The notes below the pieces were generated by a model. That model did not search any database. It was not told the DNA's origin and saw nothing but the letters and a program-made list of their open reading frames with translations. From contig NC_047025.1 of the NCBI RefSeq assembly GCF_902652985.1, forward strand, positions 16,988,001 through 17,052,000: a stretch of DNA of 64,000 nucleotides, read 5' to 3'. The DNA comes from Pecten maximus (taxonomy: Eukaryota). The position numbers and the translations under genes were made by a program. Of the stretch, positions 13,370-25,992 are shown piece after piece (the first letter of the stretch is position 1; every line of letters starts with the position of its first letter).

Positions 13370-14450
13370 ACAATGCCACGACTGTGTAACGATACCCTGT
13401 TGTGATTTCAGCTTACAGTGCCAAGATTGTGATAGGGTATTATAGTGTGTTCCTGTACCCTGTCGTGATTTCTCCGTACAATGTTACGACTGTGTTGTAA
13501 TTTCTACGTACAATGTTACGACTGTGTTGTGATTTCTCCGTACAATGTTACGACTGTGTTGTAATTTCTACGTACAATGTTACGACTGTGTTGTGATTTC
13601 TACGTACAATGTTACGACTGTGTTGTAATTTCTCCGTACAATGTTACGACTGTGTCCCTGTACCTTGCTGTGATTTCTCCGTACAATGTTACGACTGTGT
13701 CCCTGTACCTTGTTGTAATTTCTCCGTACAATGTTACGACTGTGTTGTGATTTCTCCGTACAATGTTACGACTGTGTCCCTGTACCTTGCTGTGATTTCT
13801 CCGTACAATGTTACGACTGTGTTCCTGTACCCTGTTGTGATTTCTCCGTACAATGTTACGACTGTGTTCCTGTACCCTGTTGTGATTTCTCCGTACAATG
13901 TTACGACTGTGTTGTGATTTCTCCGTACAATGTTACGACTGTGTTGTAATTTCTCCGTACAATGTAACGACTGTGTTGTGATTTCTCCGTACAATGTAAC
14001 GACTGTGTTGTAATTTCTCCGTACAATGTTACGACTGTGTTCCTGTACCCTGTTGTGATTTCTACGTACAATGTAACGACTGTGTTGTGATTTCTCCGTA
14101 CAATGTTACGACTGTGTTGTAATTTCTCCGTACAATGTTACGACTGTGTTCCTGTACCCTGTTGTGATTTCTCCGTACAATGTTACGACTGTGTTGTGAT
14201 TTCTCCGTACAATGTTACGACTGTGTTGTAATTTCTCCGTACAATGTAACGACTGTGTTGTGATTTCTCCGTACAATGTAACGACTGTGTTGTGATTTCT
14301 CCGTACAATGTTACGACTGTGTTCCTGTACCCGGTTGTGATTTCTCCGTACAATGTTACGACTGTGTTGTGATTTCTCAGTACAATGTTACGACTGTGTT
14401 GTGATTTCTCCGTACAATATTACGACTGTGTTCCTGTACCCTAACGTGAT
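13370..14450. repeat. Composite minisatellite in aquaporin intron 1: 32-bp unit TGTGATTTCTCCGTACAATGTTACGACTGTGT and a 45-bp variant with added TCCTGTACCCTGT
   Basis: Both unit types read directly and interspersed; left edge is degenerate. Confidence 0.95.
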
Positions 14451-16209
14451 TCCGTTATCCCAAGTACAGTGTTCGCATGAGAGGCGATAATGTTCAATGA
14501 TTGTCATTAGTGTATTATGTAAGTTGCTATTATAAGAGAGTGATGTTAGTGATTTATTCATATATTTTTTTGTATTTGTCCTTAAATGAATAACTTGACA
14601 ATCATTTCAACAGTAAACACACATACTCCTTTCGTACGAAACTTTAAACTAGATGACATTACATTGAGACACGGTGTTACTATAAGTGAAACAATGTTAA
14701 TGGTTTTATTATCAACTAGAATTCCATTTGTTTTAATTATGTTCTTTTTATACAATTAAAATTCTTACCGTGTACGATTCAGACGTCATTCTGTCATTAA
14801 GTGTGTAGAATACATAAATCAATTTAATGTACGGAGGATTACCCATTTGTCTGAAGTTTATATCAATTTTTACTGTCTTATTTTCTTCTTAATGTTTGAA
14901 TTAAAGCTTTCAATATCAATTACAATCGAAAAATGTTTCAAATCAGCCCTAAATACTTTATGGCTGCAACAGCTTGTGTTAAGCGACAGCTTGTGTTAAG
15001 CAACAGCTTTATGTGCGATGAGGGCGTCACAAAGCACAATAATGAATATCATACAAAAGCTGAGTGCTATTGTGAAACAGAAAAGGGGACGAAATCGTAA
15101 ACATGATTTGAATGGGACGCCAGAATCCGAGCGGAAGAAACTTTAGCGTCCTGGGGTGGGGCGCTTTCACAATCCGAAACCAACCAATCAAATCGCGCGT
15201 TACAAATATCTAGTGGCAACTACGGATGTTGGCAGTTGCACAGGAGCCATTGTCCAGTGTGGACGCTATCGGTAATTATGCTAATTAACCCCGCGGGGAC
15301 CATGCCTCGCCCTCTGTCTAACCGCCAGAGTTTAAAATGTGCGGCATTTTAATTTACACGCTCGCGGCTTCTGGCACCTCCTAATACTCCACTATTCAAA
15401 CTTCAATGAACAAGCAATTGACAATAGGTCCGGTTGGCGGGAGGATAACGAACAAAACGATTAAATTACCATAATAAATAGAAGAAAGAAATCAAACAAG
15501 ATCGTCACCAACAAAGAAAATGTAATGTTCATGGCTAGATTTTAAGTTAGCACGGGAATAATTTTCTGTATGGAGGAAAAAACAGCGCTAATTTAGCAAT
15601 GATTGCAATTATCAGCGTACAGTCGCGAGAATTCGTTATAACATATATTATTATACTTACAGACATACCCATATGTCAAAAAAGTGTCAGCAGAGCACAA
15701 TTTGTAAGAGAGGAAATAAAAACATTTTTCTCGTGTTTTAAGAAACTTTAAATGTCCAATTGTGTTTTATATTATTCATTGACAATTAAATCATACTTAG
15801 GATAAGTTATACTACTTTCATTGACAGGTTAAACGGTCTTTCTGTATTATGACACTTTGTATATCATTCTGATTGTCGTTTCAGTGTTGTGTATCTTTGG
15901 TCATATTTTCATAAGAACATAACATAATTTTATTTACATTGTTAACCAATTAATCAATTCAAATAAAACGGCCAACATTATTTCAGTAATCGGTGACAGA
16001 GATAATTAATTTAAGGAAGTGGTAATTTGTCCGACCTGATTTGAATCTGTAAACAGAAGAGTTATGTTACGTAATGACTCTTAGAAAACAGCATTATATT
16101 TATCATTAGGTGACATAAGTTAAGAATTACACCACGCAATATGAAAATGAAAATTTCAGTGATGAAAACAATAGTGCTTGTCAAATAAATAAATAAATAA
16201 ATCACTTAC

Positions 16210-16791
16210 GGCCACCAAATGTCCAGCTACAACCGCAAGACCAATGGTCAAGGGGGCAGATCCGTTCAAATCTTTCCTATCACTGTCAATGGAAGCTAAT
16301 ACCGTGAAAACCAACACGAATGTAATCATAAGCTCCACACCGAAACCCTGGGCGTCTGTGACTTCGCCTTTAAGGGCGTTTACTCCTAGGGTTCCCTGAG
16401 CGGCCATGGGGGTGAGGCCGTACAGAATGCCGGCCCCTACCATTCCCCCCAGGATTTGGGCCACGATGTACATAAGTCCACGGACAATGCTGACCCTCCT
16501 TGTGACAAGGGCTCCGATGGTGACAGCGGGGTTGATGTGACCCCCGCTAATGTGACCGATGGCCCAAACCATTGTGCCAACAATTAAACCGAAGGTAAGG
16601 GAGATCTGGACGGTAGAAGGGGGCATGGCTATTAAGTCTGTGCCCGACATACCCCCGGTGGATTGCTGGGGTAGGGCTGAGGCACACCCGAAAAACACTA
16701 AGAACATAGTTCCCACCAACTCGGCAGCTACGGAGCGCCATAGATTGGGACTAGTAAGATCCTCCAAATTCTCCTGCATGATTTTCCACAT
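16210..16791 (-). CDS. AQP4-like: Aquaporin coding exon 1 (194 codons; TM1-TM5 and first NPA)
   Basis: MIP motifs AELVGTMFLVFFGC, GHISGGHINPAVT, GVELMITFVLV, APLTIGLAVVAGHL; ATG in ACCATG context with an in-frame upstream TAG; donor GCC|GTAAGT (GT 16209-16208). The ORF-track tail VSDLFIY... is intron read-through. Confidence 0.97.
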
Positions 16792-16829
16792 GGTCCGGTA
16801 CCAAAATCCTAATGATACAAGCTTTGTGT

Positions 16830-16870
16830 TGCTACTGCGACCACGCTGCTCCCGCTACAACTTCTTATAG
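16830..16870 (-). promoter_or_regulatory. Candidate aquaporin core promoter (TATA-like TATAAGAAG plus Inr-like GCAGT)
   Basis: TATA at 16869-16866, GCAGT with A at 16836 (33 nt downstream), 45 nt before the ATG; an SP/KLF-type CCACGCCCA lies near 16982-16990. Motif match only. Confidence 0.3.
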
Positions 16871-18671
16871 TTTGGAAATTTAATTTTCTCCGCACGTTCA
16901 CTACGCATGCGTTTTGACAAGCGGTTTGGCACTGGTATTGGTCTGAGGGACCTCCTGTTCATTAAAAACAACCGAAGCAAACCACGCCCATTTACTAGAG
17001 AAGGAATTCGGTCTAAGGGGGGACGCTGACAGAAACAAAATCCTAGTTAAACAGCACTCCAAACTGGTCTCCCGTAAATTTGAATGTTACAGGCGCAATA
17101 GCTACTACACACAATAGATGAGCGATTAGCGATACCGCTCTCTTGGCTAACAAACACAGATACTAAGTCGTCATCACATGTGCCGTATTTATATGGTGGG
17201 CTGGGCTGTTAGGAGCGGAAATATCAAAACTACTGACCCTAGAATCCTTCAGATACAGTCCTATAAAACAGCACTCACCGCCAAACCACGCACATCAATC
17301 TGTCCTGCACAAATAAATTAACATATTACACATAACATTTCACTTCAGCGTAATGACGCTGAATTTTAATTATGTTTACTTGGTAAAGGTTGAACTGTTT
17401 TAGTTTGGTATTTTATTTTTTTGGCCACTTAATCTTGTGACCCTAGTTTGCAGTTAAACATTCGCTGCATTGATTGGCACGCGTAATGCAAGTGCAGCAG
17501 ATATGCATAGCCACTGTACCAGAGCGAGAGTTGTCGTGTTCTAATACAACACCATGCGCCCTGTGTAGATTAACACAGCGTAAACGGAGACTTCAAACTA
17601 CACGAGAACTACACAAATTGACACGATTATCAACAGAGTCAGATTTTTCACGTCAGATGCATGATCTGATAAAATAAGTGTCGTGGTTCTCCCGACGAAA
17701 AATCTTCCTCAGCTACGATCACATGACTCAAATTTGTGTCGTTATTTCTAGTCCGTATCTTCATATTAATTTCATTTCTGGGAGTTACAGAAATATACAA
17801 TTCGAAATAGTCGATATCTTTAAATACTGTCGGCAAACCCATAAAATAGTACTAATATTTTACTGGTGAACAGAAGCATTCAGTCAAGTGGATTTGTTTT
17901 TGGGAAGTTCGTTAAAAAAGTTTTAGGCTGTCATTTATGTCGATAAGACAGGTCCATATTAAAGTAAACACAGAAGTATCACTTAATAGCAAGGATGTCA
18001 TGACTCCATTGTTATAGTAATACACGCGGTTCTTCACCCTATAGAGAATTATACACGAAAACGATAATATTTACAAATGTTAATTATGATATGTTAATGC
18101 TGTTTATGTGTGCATAACTTAAATACGTCACTGAAGGAATTAACATCAGTATGACTAACTTGACGAGGTAATGTGAATTTGTCTTCCCCACATACTTTAT
18201 ATGTCATTAGGGTTATATACTGGTAGTACTGGGGTTACTATAATCTACATACAAATAATGCCGGAATTGACTCATTTATTCGGTAAATGGGGCACATATG
18301 TGAAGCTAGGAATTTCGAGAATGCTAATATCTTGAGCGTGGAATGACGGAACATGAATCGTAGTCCTCATTGTAATGATTAAACAGAGGTATCATCGTAA
18401 AGAGGTCGTCAACATATCATTGTTTATCTGTCGGCGTAATGACACTGTCCAATTATATAGGTCGGGCTCGGCATCTGTCTCTTTATATCTGGGTCAGGCT
18501 ATTCTTTTGTTTTAAACTATTTTATATAAAAACCTGAGAATCTGACAAAACCTATGTAATACTCTTACATAAAGTGTTGCTTGTCTATCCCTGACAAAGT
18601 TCCAACACGATTGAATAGGTCTATTTTGTGCTTTTCGTGTTTTCGCTTTGTCGCAACGAAAAAAAACATAC

Positions 18672-18834
18672 ACTTATTCAGCTTGCATTCAATCTTTTGT
18701 TTCGTTTTTAGCTGCAAATCTGCATTTTGTATTGACCGCTACATTGACCAATCACATACTTCATCTTGACCAGTAACGCCACCTGTCGCGTCATATCCGA
18801 GGCCAAAAGAATGTTATACGGCTATGCCGAAAAA
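18672..18834 (-). repeat. Dispersed repeat, copy B, inverted relative to 11862-12024
   Basis: Reverse-complement match to copy A with scattered substitutions. Confidence 0.85.
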
Positions 18835-20109
18835 CAATGTTTAGAATCGGCTACCATAGACTTCCTCCCATTTCAATTTCAAAGGCAAACCCCGGTTATC
18901 TTCCTGAATCACTTGTCGAGTGAATACATCTCCATGCATTCCATAATTGCTGCAAAATATATAATATTTACATTGACAACATACATATGAACTAATAACT
19001 AACATTATCACTGTGAAGTAGACAATGCATTTACAATTGCTGATAAAACAATAGACAATACCAATACTACAAAAGGTTTAAATACACCTGGCCATTTGGC
19101 ACACAGATGAAATTACTGACAAATGATGATCTTTACCATAATGAAAAGTTTTATAATCATGTTCGGTTAAAGCAGCAGGACACTCCGTGACCAGTTACAT
19201 GTAGTTAACAAACCGTCCTCTCAATTTGTTTTACATTTTACGGATGGGGAAAAACTCACACATGCGCACACCAAGTTGCACGCATTATATTTGCAATTGT
19301 ATCTCACTGCAGTAGTGGATTAAGATATGGCGAGAACCCCGTCCTCCTGACCCCAGGTCGACAGAGCTATCGCGCCCTTTCTTTCCGCTCTTCTGATTTA
19401 GGAACTCTTCAAAGAAAAACACGTGCACGTGCTTTTCAAAGATAACGGACAGAAACGATAAGGGTGGATCCGGAATTTTATCGTACATTGTTGACCACCG
19501 CTACTGACATACGCCATCTTTAAAGTATCCGATCAGTAAAACAAACACTTTTATATATATCGTACAATTCCAAATGTTCATATCTCTGTGAAGGATCGAC
19601 TACATACATCTATATTCGATTCTCGTTTAGTTAGGCCACACCAGTCAGATTCAAGGCACATGACTTTTACCTTTTACCGCGTAACACATACATTTTCAAC
19701 AATATATAAAACAGGGCCATGTTGTTGAATAACATTTTCAAATGTCATTGAAATATAATGCTTTTATGTTATCAATAATAATGAAAAAGAAAAAAATACT
19801 GAGTCATGGTCGTGGATATTTATCAACAGAGTTTAGTTCACATCAAAGTATAGCAGAACTCCATATGGTAACACACTTGTAAAGGAATGTACACTCTGTG
19901 GTAAAGACGTGTTTGTGGTAGTGGTTTTACACGTGTGGCACAGAGGGCAATTCACCTCGTTTTAGAGTAAGAATGTTTTCAATTAAAACAGTAACTCTAG
20001 GTTCAGCATGAGCTTTGATAACGTTACCAGATTGAAACGCTGTGTATACCACATAGGCCACCGAGATGGAGGGAAACCGTATCTGTTGATCCACGAAACA
20101 CGTGTTGAA

Positions 20110-23100
20110 TAGTCGTTACCATGACCTGTCCTGATCTCTCAATGTTAGGAGTCGTTACCATGACCTGTCCTGATCTCCCAATGTTAGGAGTCGTTACCAT
20201 GACCTGTCCTGATCTACCAATGTTAGGAGTCGTTACCATGACCTGTCCTGATCTCCCAATGTTAGGAGTCGTTACCATGACCTGTCCTGATCTCCCAATG
20301 TTGGGGAGTCGTTACCATGACCTGTCCTGATCTCCCAATGTTAGGAGTCGTTACCATGACCTGTCCTGATCTCCCAATGTTAGGAGTCGTTACCATGACC
20401 TGTCCTGATCTCCCAATGTTAGGAGTCGTTACCATGACCTGTCCTGATCTCCCAATGTTAGGAGTCGTTACCATGACCTGTCCTGATCTCCCAATGTTAG
20501 GAGTCGTTACCATGACCTGTCCTGATCTCCCAATGTTAGGAGTCGTTACCATGACCTGTCCTGATCTCCCAATGTTAGGGAGTCGTTACCATGACTTGTC
20601 CTGATCTCTCAATGTTAGGAGTCGTTACCATGACATGTCCTGATCTCCCAATGTTGGGGAGTCGTTACCATGACCTGTCCTGATCTCCCAATGTTAGGAG
20701 TCGTTACCATGACCTGTCCTGATCTCCCAATGTTAGGAGTCGTTACCATGACCTGTCCTGATCTCCCAATGTTAGGAGTCGTTACCATGACCTGTCCTGA
20801 TCTCCCAATGTTAGGAATCGTTACCATGACCTGTCCTGATCTCCTAATGTTAGGAGTCGTTACCATGACCTGTCCTGATCTCCCAATGTTAGGAGTCGTT
20901 ACCATGACCTGTCCTGATCTTCCAATGTTAGGAGTCGTTACCATGACCTGTCCTGATCTCCCAATGTTAGGAGTCGTTACCATGACCTGTCCTGATCTCC
21001 CAATGTTAGGAGTCGTTACCATGACCTGTCCTGATCTCCCAATGTTAGGAGTCGTTACCATGACCTGTCCTGATCTCCCAATGTTAGGAGTCGTTACCAT
21101 GACCTGTCCTGATCTCCCAATGTTAGGAGTCGTTACCATGACCTGTCCTGATCTCCCAATGTTAGGGAGTCGTTACCATGACTTGTCCTGATCTCTCAAT
21201 GTTAGGAGTCGTTACCATGACATGTCCTGATCTCCCAATGTTGGGGAGTCGTTACCATGACCTGTCCTGATCTCCCAATGTTAGGAGTCGTTACCATGAC
21301 CTGTCCTGATCTCCCAATGTTAGGAGTCGTTACCATGACCTGTCCTGATCTCCCAATGTTAGGAGTCGTTACCATGACCTGTCCTGATCTCCCAATGTTA
21401 GGAGTCGTTACCATGACCTGTCCTGATCTCCTAATGTTAGGAGTCGTTACCATGACCTGTCCTGATCTCCCAATGTTAGGAGTCGTTACCATGACCTGTC
21501 CTGATCTTCCAATGTTAGGAGTCGTTACCATGACCTGTCCTGATCTCCCAATGTTAGGAGTCGTTACCATGACCTGTCCTGATCTCCCAATGTTAGGAGT
21601 CGTTACCATGACCTGTCCTGATCTCCCAATGTTAGGTGTCGTTACCATGACCTGTCCTGATCTCCCAATGTTAGGAGTCGTTACCATGACCTGTCCTGAT
21701 CTCCCAATGTTAGGAGTCGTTCCCATGACCTGTCCTGATCTCCCAATGTTAGGAGTCGTTACCATGACTTGTCCTGATCTCCCAATGTTAGGAGTCGTTA
21801 CCATGACCTGTCCTGATCTTCAATGTTAGGGAGTCGTTACCATGACCTGTCCTGATCTCCCAATGTTAGGGAGTCGTTACCATGACCTGTCCTGATCTCA
21901 TAATGTTAGGAGTCGTTACCATGACCTGTCCTGATCTCCCAATGTTGGGGAGTCGTTACCATGACCTGTCCTGATCTCCCAATGTTAGGAGTCGTTACCA
22001 TGACATGTCCTGATCTCCCAATGTTGGGGAGTCGTTACCATGACATGTCCTGATCTCCCAATGTTAGGAGTCGTTACCATGACCTGTCCTGATCTCCCAA
22101 TGTTAGGAGTCGTTGCCATGACCTGTCCTGATCTCCAAATGTTAGGGAGTCGTTACCATGACCTGTCCTGATCTCCCAATGTTAGGGAGTCGTTACCATG
22201 ACCTGTCCTGATCTCCCAATGTTAGGAGTCGTTACCATGACCTGTCCTGATCTACCATTGTTAGGGAGTCGTTACCATGACATGTCCTGATCTCCCAATG
22301 TTGGGGAGTCATTACCATGACCTGTCCTGATCTCCCAATGTTAGGGAGTCGTTACCATGACCTGTCCTGATCTTCAATGTTAGGAGTCGTTACCATGACC
22401 TGTCCTGATCTCCCAATGTTAGGAGTCGTTACCATGACCTGTCCTGATCTCCCAATGTTAGGAGTCGTTACCATGACCTGTCCTGATCTCCCAATGTTAG
22501 GGAGTCGTTAGCATGACCTGTCCTGATCTTCCAATGTTGAATAGTCGTTACCATGACCTGTCCTGATGTCCCAATGTTAGGAGTCGTTACCATGACCTGT
22601 CCTGATCTCCCAATGTTGGGGAGTCGTTACCATGACCTGTCCTGATTTCCCAATGTGGGAAGTCGTTACCATGACCTGTCCTGATCTCCCAATGTTAGGA
22701 GTCGTTACCATGACCTGTCCTGATCTCCCAATGTTGGGAAGTCGTTACCATGACCTGTCCTTATCTCCCAATATTAGGGAGTCGTTACCATGACCTGTCC
22801 TGATCTCCCAATGTTAGGAATCGTTACCATGACCTGTCCTGATCTCCCAATGTTGGAGAGTCGTTACCATGACCTGTCCTGATCTCCCAATGTTAGGGAG
22901 TCGTTACCATGACCTGTCCTGATCTCCCAATGTTAGGGAGTCGTTACCATGACCTGCCCTGATCTCCCAATATTAGGGAGTCGTTACCATGACCTGTCCT
23001 GATCTTCCAATGTTAGGGAGTCGTTACCATGACCTGTCCTGATCTCCCAATGTTAGGAGTCGTTACCATGACATGTCCTGATCTCCCAATGTTAGGAGTC

Positions 23101-25386
23101 GTTACCATGACATGTCCTGATCTCCCAATGTTAGGAGTCGTTACCATGACCTGTCCTGATCTCCCAATGTTAGGGGTCGTTACCATGACCTGTCCGGATC
23201 TCCCAATGTTAGGGAGTCGCTACCATGACCTGTCCTGATCTCCCAATGTTAGGAGTCGTTACCATGACCTGTCCTGATCTCCTAATGTTAGGAGTCGTTA
23301 CCATGACCTGTCCTGATCTCCCAATGTTAGGAGTCGTTACCATGACCTGTCCTGATCTCCCAATGTTGAATAGTCGTTACCATGACCTGTCCTGATCTCC
23401 CAATGTTAGGAGTCGTTACCATGACCTGTCCTGATCTCCCAATGTTGAATAGTCGTTACCATGACCTGTCCTGATCTCTCAATGTTAGGAGTCGTTACCA
23501 TGACCTGTCCTGATCTCCCAATGTTATGAGTCGTTACCATGACCTGTCCTGATCTCCCAATGTTAGGAGTCGTTACCATGACCTGTCCTGATCTCCCAAT
23601 GTTAGGAGTCGTTACCATGACCTGTCCTGATCTCCCAATATTAGGGAGTCGTTACCATGACCTGTCCTGATCTCTTAATGTTAGGAGTCGTTACCATGAC
23701 CTGTCCTGATCTCCTTATGTTAGGGAGTCGTTACCATGACCTGTCCTGATCTCCCAATGTTAGGGAGTCGTTACCATGACCTGTCCTGATCTCTTAATGT
23801 TAGGAGTCGTTACCATGACCTGTCCTGATCTCCCAATGTTAGGGAGTCGTTACCATGACCTGTCCTGATCTCCCAATGTTAGAGAGTCGTTACCATGACC
23901 TGTCCTGATCTCCCAATGTTAGGAGTCGTTACCATGACCTGTCCTGATCTCCCAATGTTGGGGAGTCGTTACCATGACCTGTCCTGATCTCCCAATGTTA
24001 GGAGTCGTTACCATGACCTGTCCTGATCTCCCAATGTTTGTGAGTCGTTACCATGACCTGTCCTGATCTCCCAATGTTAGGGAGTCGTTACCATGACCTG
24101 TCCTGATCTCCCAATGTTATGAGTCGTTACCATGACCTGTCCTGATCTCCCAATGTAAGGAGTCGTTACCATGACCTGTCCTGATCTCCCAATGTTAGGG
24201 AGTCGTTACCATGACCTGTCCTGATCTCCTAATGTTAGGGAGTCGTTACCATGACCTGTCCTGATCTCCCAATGTTAGGGAGTCGTTACCATGACCTGTC
24301 CTGATCTCTTAATGTTAGGAGTCGTTACCATGACCTGTCCTGATCTCCCAATGTTAGGGAGTCGTTACCATGACCTGTCCTGATCTCCCAATGTTAGGGA
24401 GTCGTTACCATGACCTGTCCTGATCTCCCAATGTTATGAGTCGTTACCATGACCTGTCCTGATCTCCCAATGTTTGTGAGTCGTTACCATGACCTGTCCT
24501 GATCTCCCAATGTTAGGGAGTCGTTACCATGACCTGTCCTGATCTCCCAATGTTATGAGTCGTTACCATGACCTGTCCTGATCTCCCAATGTTTGTGAGT
24601 CGTTACCATGACCTGTCCTGATCTCTCAATGTTAGGGAGTCGTTACCATGACCTGTCTTGATCTCCCAATGTTGGGGAGTCGTTACCATGACCTGCCCTG
24701 ATCTCCCAATATTAGGGAGTCGTTACCATGACCTGTCCTGATCTTCCAATGTTAGGGAGTCGTTACCATGACCTGTCCTGATCTCCCAATGTTAGGAGTC
24801 GTTACCATGACATGTCCTGATCTCCTTATGTTAGGGAGTCGTTACCATGACCTGTCCTGATCTCCCAATGTTAGGGAGTCGTTACCATGACCTGTCCTGA
24901 TCTCTTAATGTTAGGAGTCGTTACCATGACATGTCCTGATCTCCCAATGCTAGTAGTCGTTACCATGACCTGTCCTGATCTTCCAATGTTAGGGAGTCGT
25001 TACCATGACCTGTCCTAATCTCCTAATGTTAGGAGTCGTTACCATGACCTGTCCTAATCTCCTAATGTTAGGAGTCGTTACCATGACCTGTCCTGATCTC
25101 CCAATGTTAGGAGTCGTTACCATGACCTGTCCTGATCTCCTAATGTTAGGAGTCGTTACCATGACCTGTCCTGATCTCCCAATGTTAGGAGTCGTTACCA
25201 TGACCTGTCCTGATCTCCCAAAGTTAGGGAGTCGTTACCATGACCTGTCCTGATCTCCCAATGTTGGGGAGTCGTTACCATGACCTGTCCTGATCTCCCA
25301 ATGTTAGGAGTCGTTACCATGACCTGTCCTGATCTCCCAATGTTAGGGAGTTGTTACCATGACATGTCCTGATCTCCCAATGTTGG
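20110..25386. repeat. Large satellite array, 39/40-bp unit (GGAGTCGTTACCATGACCTGTCCTGATCTCCCAATGTTA), roughly 130+ copies
   Basis: Read directly; source of the MTCPDLPMLGVVT and MVTTPNIGRSGQV pseudo-ORFs. Confidence 0.99.
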
Positions 25387-25508
25387 ATATTTACACCTAT
25401 GTTGCATCGTCTCTTGATGAAGTTAACCGAACCCGATGTATGTAATCATCGATGTTAACACGTTGTGATTAAGCTTGCGCAAGAGAAATGTTATCAGAGC
25501 TACAGAAA

Positions 25509-25992
25509 CGAGGTCGAGTGTCTAGAGGGACACCACCAGGCAGTGCCACGTGAGGTCGAGTGTCTCGAGGGACACCACAAGACAGTGTCATGTGAGCTCG
25601 AGTGTCTAGAGGGACACCACCAGACAGTGTCACGTGAGGTCGAGTGTCTAGAGGGACACCACCAGGCAGTTTCACGTAATGTTGAGTGTCTAGAGGGACA
25701 CCACCAGACAGTGTCACGTGAGGTCGAGTGTCTAGAGGGACACCACCAGGCAGTGTCACGTGAGGTCGAGTGTCAAGAGAGACACCACCAGGCAGTGTCA
25801 TGGAGGTCGAGTGTCAAGAGAGACACCACCAGGCAGTGTCATGGAGGTCGAGTGTCTAGAGGGACACCACCAGGCAGTGTCATGGAGGTCGAGTGTCTAG
25901 AGGGACACCACCAGGCAGTGTCATGGAGGTCGAGTGTCTCGAGGGACACCACCAGGCAGTGTCGTGGAGATCGAGTGTCTAGAGGGACACCA
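25509..25992. repeat. Tandem minisatellite, 42-bp unit (GAGGTCGAGTGTCTAGAGGGACACCACCAGGCAGTGTCACGT) switching to a 40-bp variant, ~12 copies
   Basis: Read directly. Confidence 0.95.

Noticed and set aside
13609-13994. Cys-rich, metallothionein-like ORFs
   Set aside because: Translation of an intronic minisatellite; the 32-bp units shift the frame.
15270-15430. Intronic enhancer (homeodomain, Oct and Sox-like motifs)
   Set aside because: Short AT-rich motifs are expected by chance; conservation data would be needed.
19310-19506. hAT-like MITE (CAGTAGTGG...CCGCTACTG)
   Set aside because: Only a 9-bp imperfect inverted repeat and no 8-bp TSD.
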